From Escherichia phage ECOP18: a DNA stretch of 64,000 nucleotides. A program made the translations under genes and the position numbers. The notes beneath the pieces are model-generated. The model was not told the origin of the DNA. It was given only the letters and a program-made list of their open reading frames with translations, and made no database searches. This document shows, in pieces, positions 46,241 through 57,504 of the stretch (positions are counted from its first letter, which is position 1; every line of letters begins with the position of its first letter). The DNA is taken from sequence record NC_105825.1, one strand, 5' to 3'.

Positions 46241-47127
46241 GTAGAATAACAGAACTACTTGATCTGAAAGGCATTGAATATAAAGACACAGGTGGGGACA
46301 TCCTCATCTGTTGTCTCAATCCAGATCATGACGATAAACACCCAAGTTTGCGTATTGATCCTGAAACAGGTATTATGCACTGCTTGAGTTGTGGCTTCGG
46401 TAAAGGTATACCGAGCATTTACCATTATTTTAATGAGACTCAGTACCGACAGTCTCCAAGACTATCGCAGGTACGTAAAAAGATTTCAGAGATTAGGAAT
46501 GGATCTACAAATCTTGCAATTCCTGAATCTGCTTACCTTTTCGAAGGTGATTTCCGAGGTATAAGTTCTAAGACCTTGAAGAAATATTTTGCTTTCCAAC
46601 ACCAAGCAGACTGGGAAGGCAGAATTGTATTCCCAATCACAGATGCTGTTGGACGCAATATCCTATTTTTGGGTCGTTCTATAAACAGTTCTGCCCCTCC
46701 TAAATACTTAGTAAAACCAAAACAAGTTTCACCACCGATTTTCCCTGTACGATATAATACTCCAGTTCTTATTCTAGTTGAAGGTATCTTTGATATGCTG
46801 AACCTAGAGGATAATGGTATAGACTATGCTTCTTGTTGCTTTGGTACACATCAGTTTACCTCGGATAATATTGCAGATAAGTTCAGCCCTTATATTATTG
46901 CTGGTGTAAAAGTTGTTGTTATCTTACTAGATAATGATGCTTCTGGTAATAAGGCTGCACAAGCATTGGCCAAGTTAATTCGTACAAAAACGCGTTTAAC
47001 ACCTGTAGTTGCTAACTTTCTTCTACCCGAAGGTAAAGACCCCGGTGACTTAAATAAAGAAGAAATTGATATGTTAGCAAAACGTATTGAAATTTTAGTT
47101 GCTGAATCGCTTAAAGATTTGGTATAA
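46237..47127 (+). CDS. DNA primase (DnaG-like)
   Basis: Zinc finger (CLNPDHDDKHPS ... CLSCGFGKG) and Toprim residues (EGIFD, DNDASG). Confidence 0.7.
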   Translation: MSRITELLDLKGIEYKDTGGDILICCLNPDHDDKHPSLRIDPETGIMHCLSCGFGKGIPSIYHYFNETQYRQSPRLSQVRKKISEIRNGSTNLAIPESAYLFEGDFRGISSKTLKKYFAFQHQADWEGRIVFPITDAVGRNILFLGRSINSSAPPKYLVKPKQVSPPIFPVRYNTPVLILVEGIFDMLNLEDNGIDYASCCFGTHQFTSDNIADKFSPYIIAGVKVVVILLDNDASGNKAAQALAKLIRTKTRLTPVVANFLLPEGKDPGDLNKEEIDMLAKRIEILVAESLKDLV

Positions 47128-47189
47128 TATATTGGTAAGTTAGAGAAGAAACACTGAAGTTATACTTACTTACCAAGAGGAGATTAAAT

Positions 47190-49757
47190 TTGAAAATCGC
47201 AGTAGTTGATAAAGCCCTAAACAACACTCGTTACGATAAACATTTCCAGCTATACGGCGAGGAAGTTGATGTATTCCATATGTGTAATGAGAAGTTATCT
47301 GGTCGTTTGCTTAAAAAGCACATTACTATTGGAACACCAGAAAACCCATTTGATCCGAATGATTACGATTTTGTTATACTAGTAGGTGCTGAACCTTTCC
47401 TGTATTTCGCAGGTAAGAAAGGCATTGGTGACTATACTGGTAAACGTGTAGAGTATAATGGATATGCTAACTGGATTGCGAGTATCAGCCCAGCCCAGTT
47501 ACACTTTAAACCTGAAATGAAACCAGTTTTCGATGCAACAGTAGAAAATATCCACGATATTATCAATGGTCGTGAGAAGGTTGCAAAAGCTGGTGATTAC
47601 CGTCCTATTACTGACCCTGACGAGGCGGAAGAATATATCAAGATGGTGTATAATATGGTTATCGGACCTGTCGCATTCGACTCCGAAACCTCAGCACTAT
47701 ACTGTCGAGATGGTTATCTGCTTGGTGTTTCTATGTCTCACCAAGAGTATCAGGGTGTATATATCGATTCTGATTGTCTCACAGAGGTTGCAGTATATTA
47801 TCTCCAGAAAATTCTGGATAGTGAAAACCACACTATTGTTTTTCACAACCTGAAGTTTGATATGCACTTTTATAAGTACCATCTGGGACTTACTTTTGAT
47901 AAAGCGCATAAAGAACGCAGGCTCCATGATACTATGTTGCAGCATTATGTTCTAGATGAACGTCGTGGTACTCATGGCTTGAAATCTCTAGCAATGAAGT
48001 ATACCGATATGGGTGACTATGACTTCGAACTAGATAAGTTCAAAGAGGATTACTGCAAAGCACATAAAATCAAGAAAGAAGATTTCACCTATGATTTAAT
48101 TCCGTTTGATATTATGTGGCCTTACGCTGCGAAAGATACCGATGCTACCATACGTTTGCACAACTTCTTCTTACCAAAAATTGAGAAGAATGAAAAACTT
48201 TGTAGTCTGTATTATGATGTCCTAATGCCTGGTTGTGTATTTCTCCAGCGTGTTGAGGATCGTGGTGTACCTATTTCTATTGATCGTTTAAAAGAAGCTC
48301 AGTACCAGTTAACCCATAATCTGAATAAAGCTCGTGAAAAACTGTATACTTATCCAGAAGTCGTTCAGCTAGAGAAAGATCATAACGAAGCGTTTAACCC
48401 AAACTCTGTTAAACAACTCCGTGTTCTTCTGTTTGATTATGTTGGCTTAACTCCAACAGGTAAATTGACGGATACTGGAGCAGATTCTACAGATGCAGAA
48501 GCTCTGAACGAATTGTCTACGCAGCATCCAATTGCTAAGACTCTACTAGAGATTCGTAAGCTAACTAAGCTGATCTCTACTTATGTTGAGAAGATTCTTC
48601 TGAGTATTGATGCAGATGGTTGCATTCGTACTGGTTTCCACGAACATATGACTACTTCTGGTCGTCTGAGTTCTTCCGGTAAACTGAACTTGCAACAGTT
48701 ACCTCGTGATGAATCTATTATCAAGGGTTGTGTAGTAGCTCCTCCTGGGTATCGTGTAATCGCATGGGACTTAACAACTGCGGAAGTTTATTATGCTGCT
48801 GTTCTATCTGGTGATAGAAATATGCAACAAGTATTTATCAACATGAGAAATGAACCAGATAAATACCCCGACTTCCACTCTAACATCGCACACATGGTAT
48901 TTAAGCTCCAATGCGAGCCTCGTGATGTTAAAAAGTTATTCCCAGCTCTGCGTCAAGCAGCTAAAGCAATCACCTTTGGTATTCTGTATGGTTCTGGCCC
49001 AGCTAAAGTAGCTCATTCTGTTAACGAAGCTCTTCTGGAACAGGCTGCTAAGACAGGCGAACCGTTTGTAGAGTGTACGGTTGCAGATGCTAAAGAGTAT
49101 ATAGAAACTTACTTCGGTCAGTTCCCGCAGCTTAAGCGTTGGATTGATAAGTGCCATGATCAGATCAAGAATCATGGATTTATCTATAGTCACTTTGGTC
49201 GTAAACGTCGTCTGCATAATATCCACTCCGAAGACCGTGGTGTTCAAGGTGAAGAAATCCGTTCTGGATTTAACGCAATCATTCAGTCTGCTTCTTCTGA
49301 TAGTCTCCTTTTAGGTGCTGTAGATGCAGATAATGAGATCATTTCTCTTGGCCTAGAACAAGAGATGAAGATTGTTATGCTGGTTCACGACTCCGTAGTT
49401 GCTATTGTTCGTGAGGATTTGATCGACCAATACAATGAAATCCTGATTCGTAATATTCAGAAAGACCGCGGTATTAGTATTCCTGGCTGTCCGATTGGTA
49501 TTGATTCAGATTCTGAAGCTGGAGGTTCTCGCGACTACTCTTGTGGTAAGATGAAGAAACAGCACCCATCAATCGCTTGTATTGATGATGATGAATATAC
49601 TCGTTATGTCAAGGGTGTATTACTTGATGCAGAATTCGAGTATAAGAAACTAGCTGCAATGGATAAAGAGCATCCAGATCATAGCAAATACAAGGATGAT
49701 AAGTTTATTGCTGTATGTAAAGATTTGGATAACGTGAGAAGGATTCTCGGTGCTTGA
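47190..49757 (+). CDS. DNA polymerase (family A)
   Basis: 855 aa starting MKIAVVDKALNN (TTG start), as I recall for T5 pol. Confidence 0.85.
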   Translation: MKIAVVDKALNNTRYDKHFQLYGEEVDVFHMCNEKLSGRLLKKHITIGTPENPFDPNDYDFVILVGAEPFLYFAGKKGIGDYTGKRVEYNGYANWIASISPAQLHFKPEMKPVFDATVENIHDIINGREKVAKAGDYRPITDPDEAEEYIKMVYNMVIGPVAFDSETSALYCRDGYLLGVSMSHQEYQGVYIDSDCLTEVAVYYLQKILDSENHTIVFHNLKFDMHFYKYHLGLTFDKAHKERRLHDTMLQHYVLDERRGTHGLKSLAMKYTDMGDYDFELDKFKEDYCKAHKIKKEDFTYDLIPFDIMWPYAAKDTDATIRLHNFFLPKIEKNEKLCSLYYDVLMPGCVFLQRVEDRGVPISIDRLKEAQYQLTHNLNKAREKLYTYPEVVQLEKDHNEAFNPNSVKQLRVLLFDYVGLTPTGKLTDTGADSTDAEALNELSTQHPIAKTLLEIRKLTKLISTYVEKILLSIDADGCIRTGFHEHMTTSGRLSSSGKLNLQQLPRDESIIKGCVVAPPGYRVIAWDLTTAEVYYAAVLSGDRNMQQVFINMRNEPDKYPDFHSNIAHMVFKLQCEPRDVKKLFPALRQAAKAITFGILYGSGPAKVAHSVNEALLEQAAKTGEPFVECTVADAKEYIETYFGQFPQLKRWIDKCHDQIKNHGFIYSHFGRKRRLHNIHSEDRGVQGEEIRSGFNAIIQSASSDSLLLGAVDADNEIISLGLEQEMKIVMLVHDSVVAIVREDLIDQYNEILIRNIQKDRGISIPGCPIGIDSDSEAGGSRDYSCGKMKKQHPSIACIDDDEYTRYVKGVLLDAEFEYKKLAAMDKEHPDHSKYKDDKFIAVCKDLDNVRRILGA

Positions 49758-50247
49758 TTTCAAATTGCCCGTATATGCTTTACGGGCTTTTGTATCAATT
49801 GAGCAAGAAGGTGATTATTCCGTAATTACAACAAGATATAATAAATATGTACTAGATAACAGGAAGTTGCCTGGCACTTTTTCTCAACGTAGGCTTATTC
49901 TATTTGAGAAACGGAAAGAATTACCATATAAGCTCTATCCTATTAGGGGCAGAATATCCATGTTGTCTCAATTAGTTGGGTCAAAGCGTAGCCAATTTAT
50001 AGATTCTGATGGAAATCTTATTAACTGGAAGAAAACTACGTTTTATGATGTTGTCACCTCTAAAGTTTTGCATTCAGCTAGAATTTACAACGGAAAATAC
50101 CAATGCTATGTAGCTAAAGTTCCATATCCATTTGTATTATCCTATGTTCCAGCTTATATAAGCTATATTCTGGTAAATAATAGCCCTGTTATTTACCAAG
50201 TCCATCAAGAGGAGCCTGAAATTCCTAGACTTAGAATAAAATTATGA
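49750..50247 (+). CDS. hypothetical protein
   Basis: 165-aa ORF coupled between pol and helicase. Confidence 0.5.
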   Translation: MLDFKLPVYALRAFVSIEQEGDYSVITTRYNKYVLDNRKLPGTFSQRRLILFEKRKELPYKLYPIRGRISMLSQLVGSKRSQFIDSDGNLINWKKTTFYDVVTSKVLHSARIYNGKYQCYVAKVPYPFVLSYVPAYISYILVNNSPVIYQVHQEEPEIPRLRIKL

Positions 50248-51596
50248 AGGTTGTTATATCTAATAAAGCCTATTTCAAGCCCGATGATGAACTTTGGGAT
50301 TATTGTAGTAAACAAACCACTTATCACATTGAGACAATGACTAGTAAATACCCTATTATGTATAAGAATAGTGGTGTTGTTGCCAAAGAGATTAAGTGGA
50401 TTCCTATCACGCGTCTGGATTTACTAGATGCTAAAGGAGTAAAATACGAATTAGTCGATAAACGCACATTAGCTCCAGTAGATATACCAAGACCTAAGTT
50501 CAAGCTGCGTGAAGAAGACCAGCTCCCAATATATGAAGAGTGCGATGATACCTGTATTATTAATGGTAAGCCTGGATTTGGCAAAACTATCCTAGCCCTG
50601 GCACTTGCGTATAAATTTGGCCAGAAAACTTTGGTAATTTGTACCAACACATCTATTCGTGAAATGTGGGCGGCAGAAGTTCGTAAATGGTTTGGGTTTG
50701 AACCAGGTATCATAGGTTCTGGGAAATACAATATTGATCCACCAATTGTGGTCAGTAATATTCAAACAGTGAATAAACATGCGAATAATCTTTCTAAAGT
50801 ATTCGGTACTGTTATAGTTGATGAAGTTCACCATTGTGTGGCCACAACTTTCACCAACTTCCTAGAAATATCATGTGCTCGCTATAAGATTGGGCTATCT
50901 GGAACATTAAAACGTAAAGATGGTTTACAAGTTATGTTCAAAGATTTCTTTGGATATAAGATCTTTAGCCCACCGGTTAATAATACTGTTGCACCTACAA
51001 TCCATAGGTACTCCGTGCCTGTTGAGTTATCAGGAAACCAAAACGTACCCTGGGCATTACGTGCTAATGATGTGTATAATCATCCTGAGTATCGAGAGAC
51101 TATTATAAACCTGGCACATTTATATGTGAATATTGGGCATAAAGTACTCATTGTGAGTGACAGAACAGAGTTAATCCAAACAGTACTAGAAGCTCTCACA
51201 CAGCGTGGTGTTACAACATATGAAATTATAGGGGCAACCCACTTGGATGACCGATTAAAAATTCAGGAAGATATAGCAAAAGGTGGACCTTGTGTACTTG
51301 CAGCAGCTCAAAGTATCTTCTCTGAGGGTATTTCCCTTAATGAATTATCTTGCTTAATAATGGGCAGTCTCATTAATAATGAGTCTCTCATTGAACAGCT
51401 CGCAGGGCGTGTTCAACGTATTGTCGATGGTAAACTCGACCCTATTGTTGTAGATCTAATTATGAAAGGTGGTACTGGGCTAAGACAGGCTTCCGGACGT
51501 ATGGCAGTATATCGTAACAACGGGTGGAAAACTATTACCATGACTCCTGAGAAAGCAGTTCAATTAGCTAAAATTGCATTTGGCAACAGCTCATAA
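50244..51596 (+). CDS. SF2 DNA helicase (T5 D10-like)
   Basis: Walker A GKPGFGKT and DEVH box. Confidence 0.7.
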   Translation: MKVVISNKAYFKPDDELWDYCSKQTTYHIETMTSKYPIMYKNSGVVAKEIKWIPITRLDLLDAKGVKYELVDKRTLAPVDIPRPKFKLREEDQLPIYEECDDTCIINGKPGFGKTILALALAYKFGQKTLVICTNTSIREMWAAEVRKWFGFEPGIIGSGKYNIDPPIVVSNIQTVNKHANNLSKVFGTVIVDEVHHCVATTFTNFLEISCARYKIGLSGTLKRKDGLQVMFKDFFGYKIFSPPVNNTVAPTIHRYSVPVELSGNQNVPWALRANDVYNHPEYRETIINLAHLYVNIGHKVLIVSDRTELIQTVLEALTQRGVTTYEIIGATHLDDRLKIQEDIAKGGPCVLAAAQSIFSEGISLNELSCLIMGSLINNESLIEQLAGRVQRIVDGKLDPIVVDLIMKGGTGLRQASGRMAVYRNNGWKTITMTPEKAVQLAKIAFGNSS

Positions 51597-51679
51597 ATGA
51601 TGTATAATATATACATAAATTTGAGAGAGAAAGTTTCGGATTGATAAGAAAGTCCGAAGCAGAAAAATAAAAATTTTAG

Positions 51680-51709
51680 TTGCTAAATTCTCTCGAAATC
51701 TAGTATAAT
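51680..51709 (+). promoter_or_regulatory. sigma70-type early promoter (one of a tandem pair)
   Basis: TTGCTA-N18-TATAAT; similar element ~100 bp upstream. Confidence 0.5.
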
Positions 51710-51816
51710 ATATACATAAATTCGAGGAGAAAACAAAAATTAAATTCTTCGATTATGAAAAGCTATACTTACTAGCTAGAGGAAATTCCGACCTAATTAT
51801 TAAGCTATTCAAAAGA

Positions 51817-52101
51817 ATGCTTACAGAGCCTGATGCTCACCAATTATTGGTCGGTCCTTCATTCATTTTGAATGAATCAACTATTGTTGATAATCCAAAT
51901 AAATTGTCTAATAGACAACTGGCAGAATATCTAGGAATTTTAAGTCTACGAAATTATGCCGAATACAAGTTTACAAACGATCCTAGTTTGGACATACAAT
52001 ATGTTCCAGTATGGATACCACGTTTAGTAATCGACACTAACCCACTAATCGCAATTAACAAATCAAAATTAATCTTTAAAGAGGAAATAAAATATGGCTA
52101 A
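51817..52101 (+). CDS. hypothetical protein
   Basis: 94-aa ORF behind tandem consensus promoters. Confidence 0.45.
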   Translation: MLTEPDAHQLLVGPSFILNESTIVDNPNKLSNRQLAEYLGILSLRNYAEYKFTNDPSLDIQYVPVWIPRLVIDTNPLIAINKSKLIFKEEIKYG

Positions 52102-52867
52102 GTCTTGGGGCGAAACTACTGGCGGTTCTAACGATAAAATCGAATTCCTGAAGTTCAACAACGGTATCACTCGTGTTCGTATCGTTTCTGGTGTTCTTCC
52201 ACGTTATGTCTATTGGCTGACTAATAAAGAGGGTAGCGTAGCTCCTTTCGAGTGTCTCCGTTTTAACCGTGACAAAGAGAGCTTTGTTCGTGGTAAAGCT
52301 GATCCGGTTCATGAGATGGGCTTCTTTGAGAAAGAGCTGGATAAAGATGGTAATCGTGTTCCGCTGAAACCGAAGAAAAACTATATCGCTTTTGTTATCG
52401 ACCGTTCTGATAACAAACTGAAAGTAATGGAAGTCAAGGCTACTATTCTGAAAGGCATCCAGTCTATCATGAAGCAGTTGAATCTGGCAACCCCATTTGA
52501 TATTGATATTTCTATCGAGAAAAAAGGTAAAGGTTTCGATACTGAGTATGATGTACAGCAGATTGCTGCTATGCAGTTCCAGATTAAGCTGCAAGATCCT
52601 AACAGTGCGGAATCTAAGCAATATGCTGCGGATGTCGATCTGATCGGTGAAGCTATGTGTGATGAAGATGGCGACATCATTAAGTTCGAAAAAGTTCCTT
52701 CTCTGGAACAAACCTATCCGGTTCCTACCTATGAAGAGCAGAAAGAAGCAATTCTAGCCTTCATGGAGGGTCGCGAGAATAAAGATGATGATGCCAAATC
52801 TGGTAATAGCAATGCAGGTTCCCAGAAAGGTATTGACTCAGAAGCTGCAAGCGATCTGGACGACTAA
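52094..52867 (+). CDS. putative ssDNA-binding protein
   Basis: Acidic C-terminal tail; position in replication module; terminator downstream. Confidence 0.4.
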   Translation: MAKSWGETTGGSNDKIEFLKFNNGITRVRIVSGVLPRYVYWLTNKEGSVAPFECLRFNRDKESFVRGKADPVHEMGFFEKELDKDGNRVPLKPKKNYIAFVIDRSDNKLKVMEVKATILKGIQSIMKQLNLATPFDIDISIEKKGKGFDTEYDVQQIAAMQFQIKLQDPNSAESKQYAADVDLIGEAMCDEDGDIIKFEKVPSLEQTYPVPTYEEQKEAILAFMEGRENKDDDAKSGNSNAGSQKGIDSEAASDLDD

Positions 52868-52874
52868 TAAATAG

Positions 52875-52899
52875 AGGGGCTTCGGCCCCTTTCTTTTTA
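52875..52899 (+). terminator. rho-independent terminator
   Basis: Hairpin AGGGGC/GCCCCT then TTTCTTTTT. Confidence 0.6.
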
Positions 52900-52903
52900 A
52901 CCA

Positions 52904-53881
52904 ATGAGAATATTATTTAGTGCTGATCATCATATCAAACTAGGACAAGATAAAATTCCAAAGGAATGGCAGAAGCGTCGCTTCCTGATGCTAGGAGAAC
53001 GGTTAAATGATATATTCCATAATCATAACTGTGATCTGCATATTGCTGGTGGTGATATACTTGATGTTGCCGACCCGTCGTCAGAAGAAATAGAACTGCT
53101 TGAACAGTTCATGTCAAGACTTGACCATCCAGGCAAAATCTTTACTGGAAATCATGAAATGCTAACTAAAACCATTTCATGTCTATATCACTATGCAGGA
53201 GTTATTAATAAAGTAACTAGTGGGAAGTGGGAAGTAATTACCAAACCATATCGTTCTCCTGAATTTGATATTGTTCCGTATGATGAGATCCATAAATCTA
53301 AGTGGAAACCATCTGAATCAAAACTATGTTTCACGCATGTTCGTGGTGAAATCCCTCCACATGTAAAACCAGAAATTGATCTAACTAAGTATAACTGTTA
53401 TGATACTGTAATTGCTGGCGATTTACATTCTTATACTAATAGCCAGACTATCGGATCTACTAGACTTCTCTATCCAGGGTCTCCATTAACTACATCGTTC
53501 CATAGAGAACGCACAAAAGGTACAAATGGTTGTTTTATCGTTGATACCGACACATTAAAAGTAGAATGGATTGAACTAGGTGATTTACCACAACTGATTC
53601 GTAAAACAATCGGAGTTGGTGAAGAGATGGAACCTAGTGATTATGATCGTGTAGTCTATGAAGTTACTGGTGACGTTGTTCAATTAAAGTCTATCAAAGA
53701 CTCTGATTTATTAGATAAGAAGATTAACCATCGAGTTACTAAAGACGCTAAGTTAAATCTTGTTGATCTTGATATGTTAGGTGAACTTGAACTTTACTTC
53801 CGTGAAGTTGAGAAGCTATCTCAAGGCGACATTGATAGAATCTTGGCTAGAGCTGCGAAATATGTCAAAGATTACAATTAA
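52904..53881 (+). CDS. Mre11/SbcD-like nuclease (T5 D12-like)
   Basis: Metallophosphoesterase motifs (SADHH, GNHE). Confidence 0.65.
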   Translation: MRILFSADHHIKLGQDKIPKEWQKRRFLMLGERLNDIFHNHNCDLHIAGGDILDVADPSSEEIELLEQFMSRLDHPGKIFTGNHEMLTKTISCLYHYAGVINKVTSGKWEVITKPYRSPEFDIVPYDEIHKSKWKPSESKLCFTHVRGEIPPHVKPEIDLTKYNCYDTVIAGDLHSYTNSQTIGSTRLLYPGSPLTTSFHRERTKGTNGCFIVDTDTLKVEWIELGDLPQLIRKTIGVGEEMEPSDYDRVVYEVTGDVVQLKSIKDSDLLDKKINHRVTKDAKLNLVDLDMLGELELYFREVEKLSQGDIDRILARAAKYVKDYN

Positions 53882-55700
53882 GACACTAAAATTTAGTAAC
53901 GTTATGTCTTACGGTAAGGACATCGTAATCCATTTCGATAAGAATCCAGTTACTCAACTAATTGGGGGCAATGGGCTAGGGAAATCCACCATTGCTACTG
54001 TTATTGAAGAACTCTTTTATAATAAGAACTCACGCGGTATTAAGAAAGATGCTCTGTTCTCTTGGTCTTCCCCAAAAAAAGAGTATGATATGCACGCTTA
54101 CTTCTCGAAAGATGAAGATGAGTACGAACTGCATAAAGTAGTTAAATCAACTGCTAAAGTAACTCTTATTAAGAATGGAGAAGATATTAGTGGACACACG
54201 GCAACTCAAACATACAAGATGATTGAAGAGATTATGGGTGGTGACTTCCAAACATTCACCAAACTGATTTATCAATCAGTGGGTTCCAATCTAGACTTTC
54301 TAAAAGCAACAGATGCAACACGTAAGGCTTTTCTTGTTAACTTGTTCAATCAAGAACAGTATAAAGAAATGTCAGAAACTATTAAGGCTGACCGTAAAGA
54401 AATAGCAAATACCTTAAATAATTTGCAGGGCCAAATGGCCGTAATTACGAAAATCCTTAATGGAAAGAATAATCTGGGAACTTTGCAGGAACCTGTAGAA
54501 GTACCAGAGTTTGATGAAGAGCCATTAGCACAAGAACTTACTGAATCGAAAATTAAGGCGGCATTAGCCAAGTCTCAAGAGGCTAATATTACTAAATTGC
54601 GTAATTTGGACAAAGCTGTACAAGTTGCCGAACAATCTTTCGAGCCTTTCAAAAATTTACCCGCGCCCACTGACCAAAATGAAGAGATCTCGAGTGTTAC
54701 GCGTGACCTAACGATTGTGACCTCACGTGCGAGCGAAGTTAAGAAACGTTATCAGAAGTTCAAGCAAGAGGCTTCAAATACTGAATGTCCTACCTGTGGT
54801 ACTCATCTGGATACAACTGCTGCGCAAAAAGCAATGGATATGGCTAGAACAGAATATGATCCTCTGTTCAAAGAGAAGCAATCTCTTGAAGCTAAGCTAG
54901 AACAGTTGAAGAAAGAACAACTTGAGTACGTTGCATATACTAGAGCAAAGGATGCTTTGGATAAGGCAGTAGCAGCTAGAGACGAGTTCAAAAATTCAAT
55001 GAGTGATGCTTCTTTTGAAGAACTCAATGTGCAAATCCTACAGGTGCAAATCCGACAATTAGAACAGGAAATAGCTGATGGACGTTCTAAGGTTGCAATT
55101 GCTAAAGAACATAATGCAAATGTTGAGTTAGCCAATGCAAAATATAAGGCGAAACTAGAACAGATTGAGAAAGCTGAGGCAGAAATGTCTGAGATTACTT
55201 CCAAACTGGATGGAGTATCAGAAGCTGTTGCTGATCTCGATATTCTGATTGCTGCATTAAAGAATCTAGTAGGATATAAGCTAGAGCATAGTGTGAAAGT
55301 ATTTGAAGAACTAATTAATAAATACCTTTCCATTATGACTGGTGGTAAGTTCGCACTTGGATTTGAGCTTGATGAAACAAAATTACAAGTAGTAATCTTC
55401 AATGATGGAAATCGTACCAGTATGGAGAACTGCTCTACTGGTCAACAGAGTAGAATTAACCTAGCAACCCTGTTAGCTATTCGGATGCTGTTAACATCTA
55501 TTAGTAAAGTTAATATTAATCTTCTATTCCTTGATGAAGTAATTAGCTTTATTGATACAAAAGGACTTGATACTCTTGTTGAATTATTAAATGAGGAAGA
55601 AAGTCTAAATTCTATCATTGTTTCTCATGGGCATACGCATCCACTAGCTCATAAGATTACTGTCAAAAAAGATGCAGAAGGATTTTCCTACTTAGAATAA
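53862..55700 (+). CDS. Rad50/SbcC-like ATPase (T5 D13-like)
   Basis: Walker A GGNGLGKST, long coiled coil, C-terminal LLFLDEV; start trimmed to MSKITIK. Confidence 0.65.
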   Translation: MSKITIKTLKFSNVMSYGKDIVIHFDKNPVTQLIGGNGLGKSTIATVIEELFYNKNSRGIKKDALFSWSSPKKEYDMHAYFSKDEDEYELHKVVKSTAKVTLIKNGEDISGHTATQTYKMIEEIMGGDFQTFTKLIYQSVGSNLDFLKATDATRKAFLVNLFNQEQYKEMSETIKADRKEIANTLNNLQGQMAVITKILNGKNNLGTLQEPVEVPEFDEEPLAQELTESKIKAALAKSQEANITKLRNLDKAVQVAEQSFEPFKNLPAPTDQNEEISSVTRDLTIVTSRASEVKKRYQKFKQEASNTECPTCGTHLDTTAAQKAMDMARTEYDPLFKEKQSLEAKLEQLKKEQLEYVAYTRAKDALDKAVAARDEFKNSMSDASFEELNVQILQVQIRQLEQEIADGRSKVAIAKEHNANVELANAKYKAKLEQIEKAEAEMSEITSKLDGVSEAVADLDILIAALKNLVGYKLEHSVKVFEELINKYLSIMTGGKFALGFELDETKLQVVIFNDGNRTSMENCSTGQQSRINLATLLAIRMLLTSISKVNINLLFLDEVISFIDTKGLDTLVELLNEEESLNSIIVSHGHTHPLAHKITVKKDAEGFSYLE

Positions 55701-55703
55701 AAC

Positions 55704-56186
55704 ATGGCTGTAGATAGTAGAGAGAAAGGTAAACGCGGTGAATATCAGGTAAGAGATATTCTACGTGAGCGTACAGGTCTTGAGTGGGAACGTGTTCCTG
55801 GCTCTGGTGCTTTTGGCCAGAGCCACGGACTGAAGGGTGACATCTACCTTCCACCACAAAGTGGACACATTAGTAAATACTGCTTCGAAGTTAAGTGGTA
55901 TAAAGATGATAATATCTCAAGTAATTTATTTAATGTTGGTGAATCCACTCTAGAGAAGTGGTGGCAGCAGTGCTCACGTGAAGGTGAGCAGATGAACTCC
56001 AAACCTGCATTAATATTCAAAAAAGACAGAGGACAGTGGTTAATAGCTTTGGATAGCTCAGACCCGATGGTTGACAACTTAATGAGTCGTACCCATATGG
56101 TGTTAAATAAAAAAGACATGGAAATCGTAATTGGTTTATTTGAGCCGTGGCTACATCATGCATCTGTTGAGGACTTAATTAAATAA
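55704..56186 (+). CDS. hypothetical protein, possible PD-(D/E)xK nuclease
   Basis: GDIY ... FEVKW pattern; between the SbcCD-like pair and flap endonuclease. Confidence 0.35.
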   Translation: MAVDSREKGKRGEYQVRDILRERTGLEWERVPGSGAFGQSHGLKGDIYLPPQSGHISKYCFEVKWYKDDNISSNLFNVGESTLEKWWQQCSREGEQMNSKPALIFKKDRGQWLIALDSSDPMVDNLMSRTHMVLNKKDMEIVIGLFEPWLHHASVEDLIK

Positions 56187-57061
56187 TGAGTAAATCCTGG
56201 GGAAAATTTATTGAAGAAGAGGAAGCTGAAATGGCTTCCCGTCGTAACCTAATGATTGTCGATGGAACTAACTTAGGCTTTCGCTTCAAACATAACAATA
56301 GTAAAAAACCATTTGCCTCAAGTTATGTTTCCACTATTCAGTCTCTAGCAAAATCTTATTCTGCTAGAACTACAATAGTTTTAGGAGATAAGGGGAAGTC
56401 TGCATTCCGCTTAGAGCATTTACCTGAGTATAAGGGTAATCGAGATGAGAAATACTCTCAACGTACGGAAGAGGAGAAAGCGTTAGATGAGCAGTTCTTC
56501 GAGTATTTGAAAGATGCTTTCGAGTTATGTGAAACTACATTCCCAACTTTCACTATTCGGGGTGTAGAAGCAGATGATATGGCAGCTTATATTGTTAAAC
56601 TGATCGGGCATCTATATGATCACGTTTGGCTGATTTCTACTGACGGTGACTGGGATACTTTATTAACTGATAAAGTATCTCGCTTCTCTTTCACAACACG
56701 TCGTGAATACCATCTTCGTGATATGTATGAGCATCATAATGTTGACGATGTAGAGCAGTTTATCTCCCTGAAAGCAATTATGGGTGATTTAGGGGATAAT
56801 ATCCGAGGTGTTGAAGGTATTGGGGCAAAGCGCGGGTATAATATTATTCGTGAATTTGGTAACGTTCTGGATATTATTGATCAGCTTCCACTGCCTGGAA
56901 AACAGAAATATATACAGAATTTAAATGCTTCGGAAGAATTGCTTTATCGAAACCTAATTCTGGTTGATTTACCTACCTACTGTGTGGATGCTATTGCTGC
57001 TGTAGGTCAAGATGTATTAGATAAATTTACAAAAGATATTTTGGAGATTGCAGAACAATGA
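56186..57061 (+). CDS. D15: flap endonuclease / 5'-3' exonuclease
   Basis: 291 aa beginning MSKSWGKFIEEEEAEMASRRNLMIVDGTNLGFRF, which I recognise as T5 D15. Confidence 0.85.
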   Translation: MSKSWGKFIEEEEAEMASRRNLMIVDGTNLGFRFKHNNSKKPFASSYVSTIQSLAKSYSARTTIVLGDKGKSAFRLEHLPEYKGNRDEKYSQRTEEEKALDEQFFEYLKDAFELCETTFPTFTIRGVEADDMAAYIVKLIGHLYDHVWLISTDGDWDTLLTDKVSRFSFTTRREYHLRDMYEHHNVDDVEQFISLKAIMGDLGDNIRGVEGIGAKRGYNIIREFGNVLDIIDQLPLPGKQKYIQNLNASEELLYRNLILVDLPTYCVDAIAAVGQDVLDKFTKDILEIAEQ

Positions 57062-57504
57062 TTAAAATTAAATTAACTCATCCAGATTGTATGCCTAAGA
57101 TTGGTTCCGAAGATGCCGCAGGTATGGATCTGCGAGCATTCTTTGGTACTAATCCTGCCGCAGACTTACGCGCTATTGCACCAGGCAAATCTCTTATGAT
57201 TGACACCGGTGTCGCGGTAGAAATTCCGCGAGGTTGGTTCGGTTTGGTAGTTCCTCGCAGCTCTTTAGGTAAGCGTCATCTGATGATCGCAAACACCGCA
57301 GGAGTGATTGACTCAGACTACCGTGGTACTATTAAGATGAACCTTTATAACTATGGTTCTGAAATGCAAACTCTGGAAAATTTTGAAAGACTTTGTCAGT
57401 TAGTGGTAGTACCGCACTATTCAACTTATAATTTTGAAATCGTTGACGAACTAGAGGAGACTGATCGTGGAGAAGGCGGCTTTGGAAGCTCAGGAAGTAA
57501 ATAA
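57058..57504 (+). CDS. dut: dUTPase
   Basis: 148 aa in the expected position after the flap endonuclease. Confidence 0.7.
   Translation: MIKIKLTHPDCMPKIGSEDAAGMDLRAFFGTNPAADLRAIAPGKSLMIDTGVAVEIPRGWFGLVVPRSSLGKRHLMIANTAGVIDSDYRGTIKMNLYNYGSEMQTLENFERLCQLVVVPHYSTYNFEIVDELEETDRGEGGFGSSGSK

Noticed and set aside
54803-55402. 199-aa minus-strand ORF
   Set aside because: Antisense shadow inside the Rad50-like gene; Ser/Cys-rich artefact composition.
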